DNA of 64,000 bases from Camelus dromedarius. Taxonomy: Eukaryota. The stretch is taken from the NCBI RefSeq assembly GCF_036321535.1, contig NC_087445.1:28644001-28708000 (forward strand), given 5' to 3'. Below the pieces are notes generated by a model. It saw nothing but the letters and a program-made list of their open reading frames with translations, had not been told where the DNA came from and did no database searches. Position numbers and translations under genes: made by a program. Shown one piece after another: positions 61,996-64,000 of the stretch. Position 1 is the stretch's first letter, and each line of letters begins with the position of its first letter.

Positions 61996-64000
61996 CAGAT
62001 AGTACTGAAACTTAATGTGTGTTAAATGTGGCTGTAATTCTCTGCTTCATACAGATGCATGTGGAGATATTTATATATGTATCTTCAGAAGATACATTCA
62101 TTTAATTTTATCATGGACTGAATATTCAGAAGTGATTTGTGTAAAATAGAAGTAGAACACTTCATCTGTCACCCTCTCCTTTTCATACCTCTCTTTTTCC
62201 TTTCTGTCTTCCTTTGAGTTAGTGTTCACCAAATCAAAATTTTTATGCCCTAACCTCTCAGAAGCTCCTTTACTGAGTTTACTGTTTTGGGTTCATTATA
62301 ACTACCAGTAACTAGCATTCCTCGTAGACTGTTGTGGGCAATGTGGATTGATTTGTTTGGCTGTCTCTTGACATCTTGGAGAGCATCTCTTTTGTTCATT
62401 AGATATTTTTGAAAAAATTGGATTTATAAAACATACACATTTCTGTCTATCATAACCTTGTTTCAGAGGGATGTAAGGTTAGTTTACAGAGGACTGTTAC
62501 CTATGACGAGATAAAATGTGATGGTAGAACAGAACATTGGAATGAGAAGGTGATGTCAGGAGTGAAGTTGGAGCACAAAGCCTGGGCTGTGGACTTCTGT
62601 GCCTTTGTTAGAAGTAGACCAATTTTTAGCTCTGAATCTCCTAGCGACTCTGGAAATGAGAAAGAATAAATGTGTGATGTGCATATGCAATGTCCGTAAC
62701 ATAAAAGCAAGTCTGTGCTTCCAAAAACATCGTAACAATTCCAGAGACTGAAACCTGAGGGAGAAGGTTTCTTTCATAATTCTTCAGAATGAGGACACTG
62801 TCATGTTGTAAAGAATATTCTCTGTATCATATGCATGTTTAATTCTCCAAAACTTCATAAAACAATTATTTATTAAAGTCCCTCAGTGTAACCTGGGAAG
62901 TTATACCTAAAGATAGTTCAGGAAGACTTGTTCTCCAACAGACAAATGACAGAAAATAGTCCCGGTATCCTGGTCTCTGATCCTCTGGATAATCCGAGGA
63001 TTCTCTTTAAATTATGTGGAGAAATGGATGAGATTGGATTATTTTGCCTAATTATCCACCATCACTGTCTCTCTGCCAAGTTGTGATTGGTTTTGTCCAT
63101 CATTTTGAGGTTTAAATCTCTAATAAGTATAGGTTAAAGCAAAACTATGTGCTTGGTTAAGTGAAGTTTCAGATTTTAACATTGATCTGTGTTAAGGCAG
63201 TGTTTGGACATCTTAGGAAAATCAAAGAGGATGGTAATGTGTCTTTGAGTAGACAGCCACCCTCTCTGTTGAAGTGAGTGGAGTGAGCAGCTGTAATTTC
63301 AGTTTGAGTTTGTATGAAGTATGTTAGATCTCATCTAAAATAGGAATAATGGAAAATGAAGGAAACTACCAATCTATGTCATAAAGCATGGATATGATCA
63401 TTTGAACCTGAAAAACAAGTAAGAAATTATAAGCAAAGTGTCCATCCCATTCAGTAAATTTATAACAAAGGGCCTCTGTAAAACACCATTTGGACAATTA
63501 ACTGTGATCAATCAGTTGAAACATATGAACTTTGGTAACTGAATGAGGTAATGTCTATACAGACCCAGTCACTGAAAACAGACTCTTCAGAGTATCAACC
63601 AAAAGGCATGACTTAGACTTTAGTTGATCTGCATAGCCATTTTCTTCTGAAAAATCACTCTGATAAAATCTGTTCTAATTGACTCTGTTCCGGCAGCTAG
63701 GATCATATATTTTATCAGCATAGTGTAGTCCCCTCGGAATTATCTCATGTTCTACAATTCATAAATAATTCTAGTGAGAAATTTTCCATTTAATGCCTGC
63801 CTTTTGAAGAACAACCCAGAAGGAAACAGTTTTTCTCATTAACACAGTAGGGATCCTGGAGTCCAGGTATCCCTGATGAACTCTGCCGTGGGTTAAATAG
63901 AGTAACTAAAAGCTAAATGACCAGAAACATGTCACTATATGTTTGAACAAACAGCAGGCTCCTTGACAGGGGTGGAATATAACTATGAAGACAAATATTA

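Larger units (their letters stand above)
1..64000 (+). other. Non-coding mammalian DNA, probably an intron of a large plus-strand gene (host unidentified)
   Basis: No recognisable coding exon. Six of seven independent L1 remnants are on minus. Counts of three lines (6301, 19801, 44941; 180 nt) give T71 A50 G36 C23. Small sample, inference only. Confidence 0.55.

Noticed and set aside
33-62777. All other 60-115 aa ORFs
   Set aside because: No homology I recognise, F/L/I/K/S-rich intron-like composition, and many lie within repeats.
1-64000. Prokaryotic-type systems (CRISPR arrays, operons), NUMT, tRNA, U6, Y RNA, 7SK or known miRNA copies
   Set aside because: None seen: no regularly spaced repeat-spacer array, no dense coding, and no match to sequences I recall. 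An Rfam/Infernal scan would be decisive.

Overview
AT-rich, CpG-depleted mammalian genomic DNA. I recognise no protein-coding exon, RNA gene or processed pseudogene; the ORF-track entries look like chance ORFs. The window is dominated by old interspersed repeats (MIR, L2, L1M, MLT1 LTRs, Tigger, MER5, MER45), a few younger L1 3' ends and one 129-N assembly gap. I saw no Alu, Bov-tA, CHR, PRE-1, SINEC or ERE SINE. The young L1 end at 41.8 kb resembles my recollection of camelid L1, so this is probably a laurasiatherian, tentatively a camelid. L1 remnants are mostly on the minus strand and spot counts show T>A and G>C on plus, which suggests an intron of a large plus-strand gene that I cannot name. 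I found no evidence of a new biological system. The best second-look items are a candidate 12-nt microexon, a candidate 101-nt exon whose donor is buried in a hairpin, a perfect 12-bp CpG-containing inverted repeat, two inverted (twin-primed) L1 insertions, a TSD-flanked L1 with a probable 3' transduction, and several small CpG-retaining motif clusters. Repeat family names are from memory of consensus sequences and boundaries are approximate (about +/-20-50 bp) unless exact motifs are quoted.
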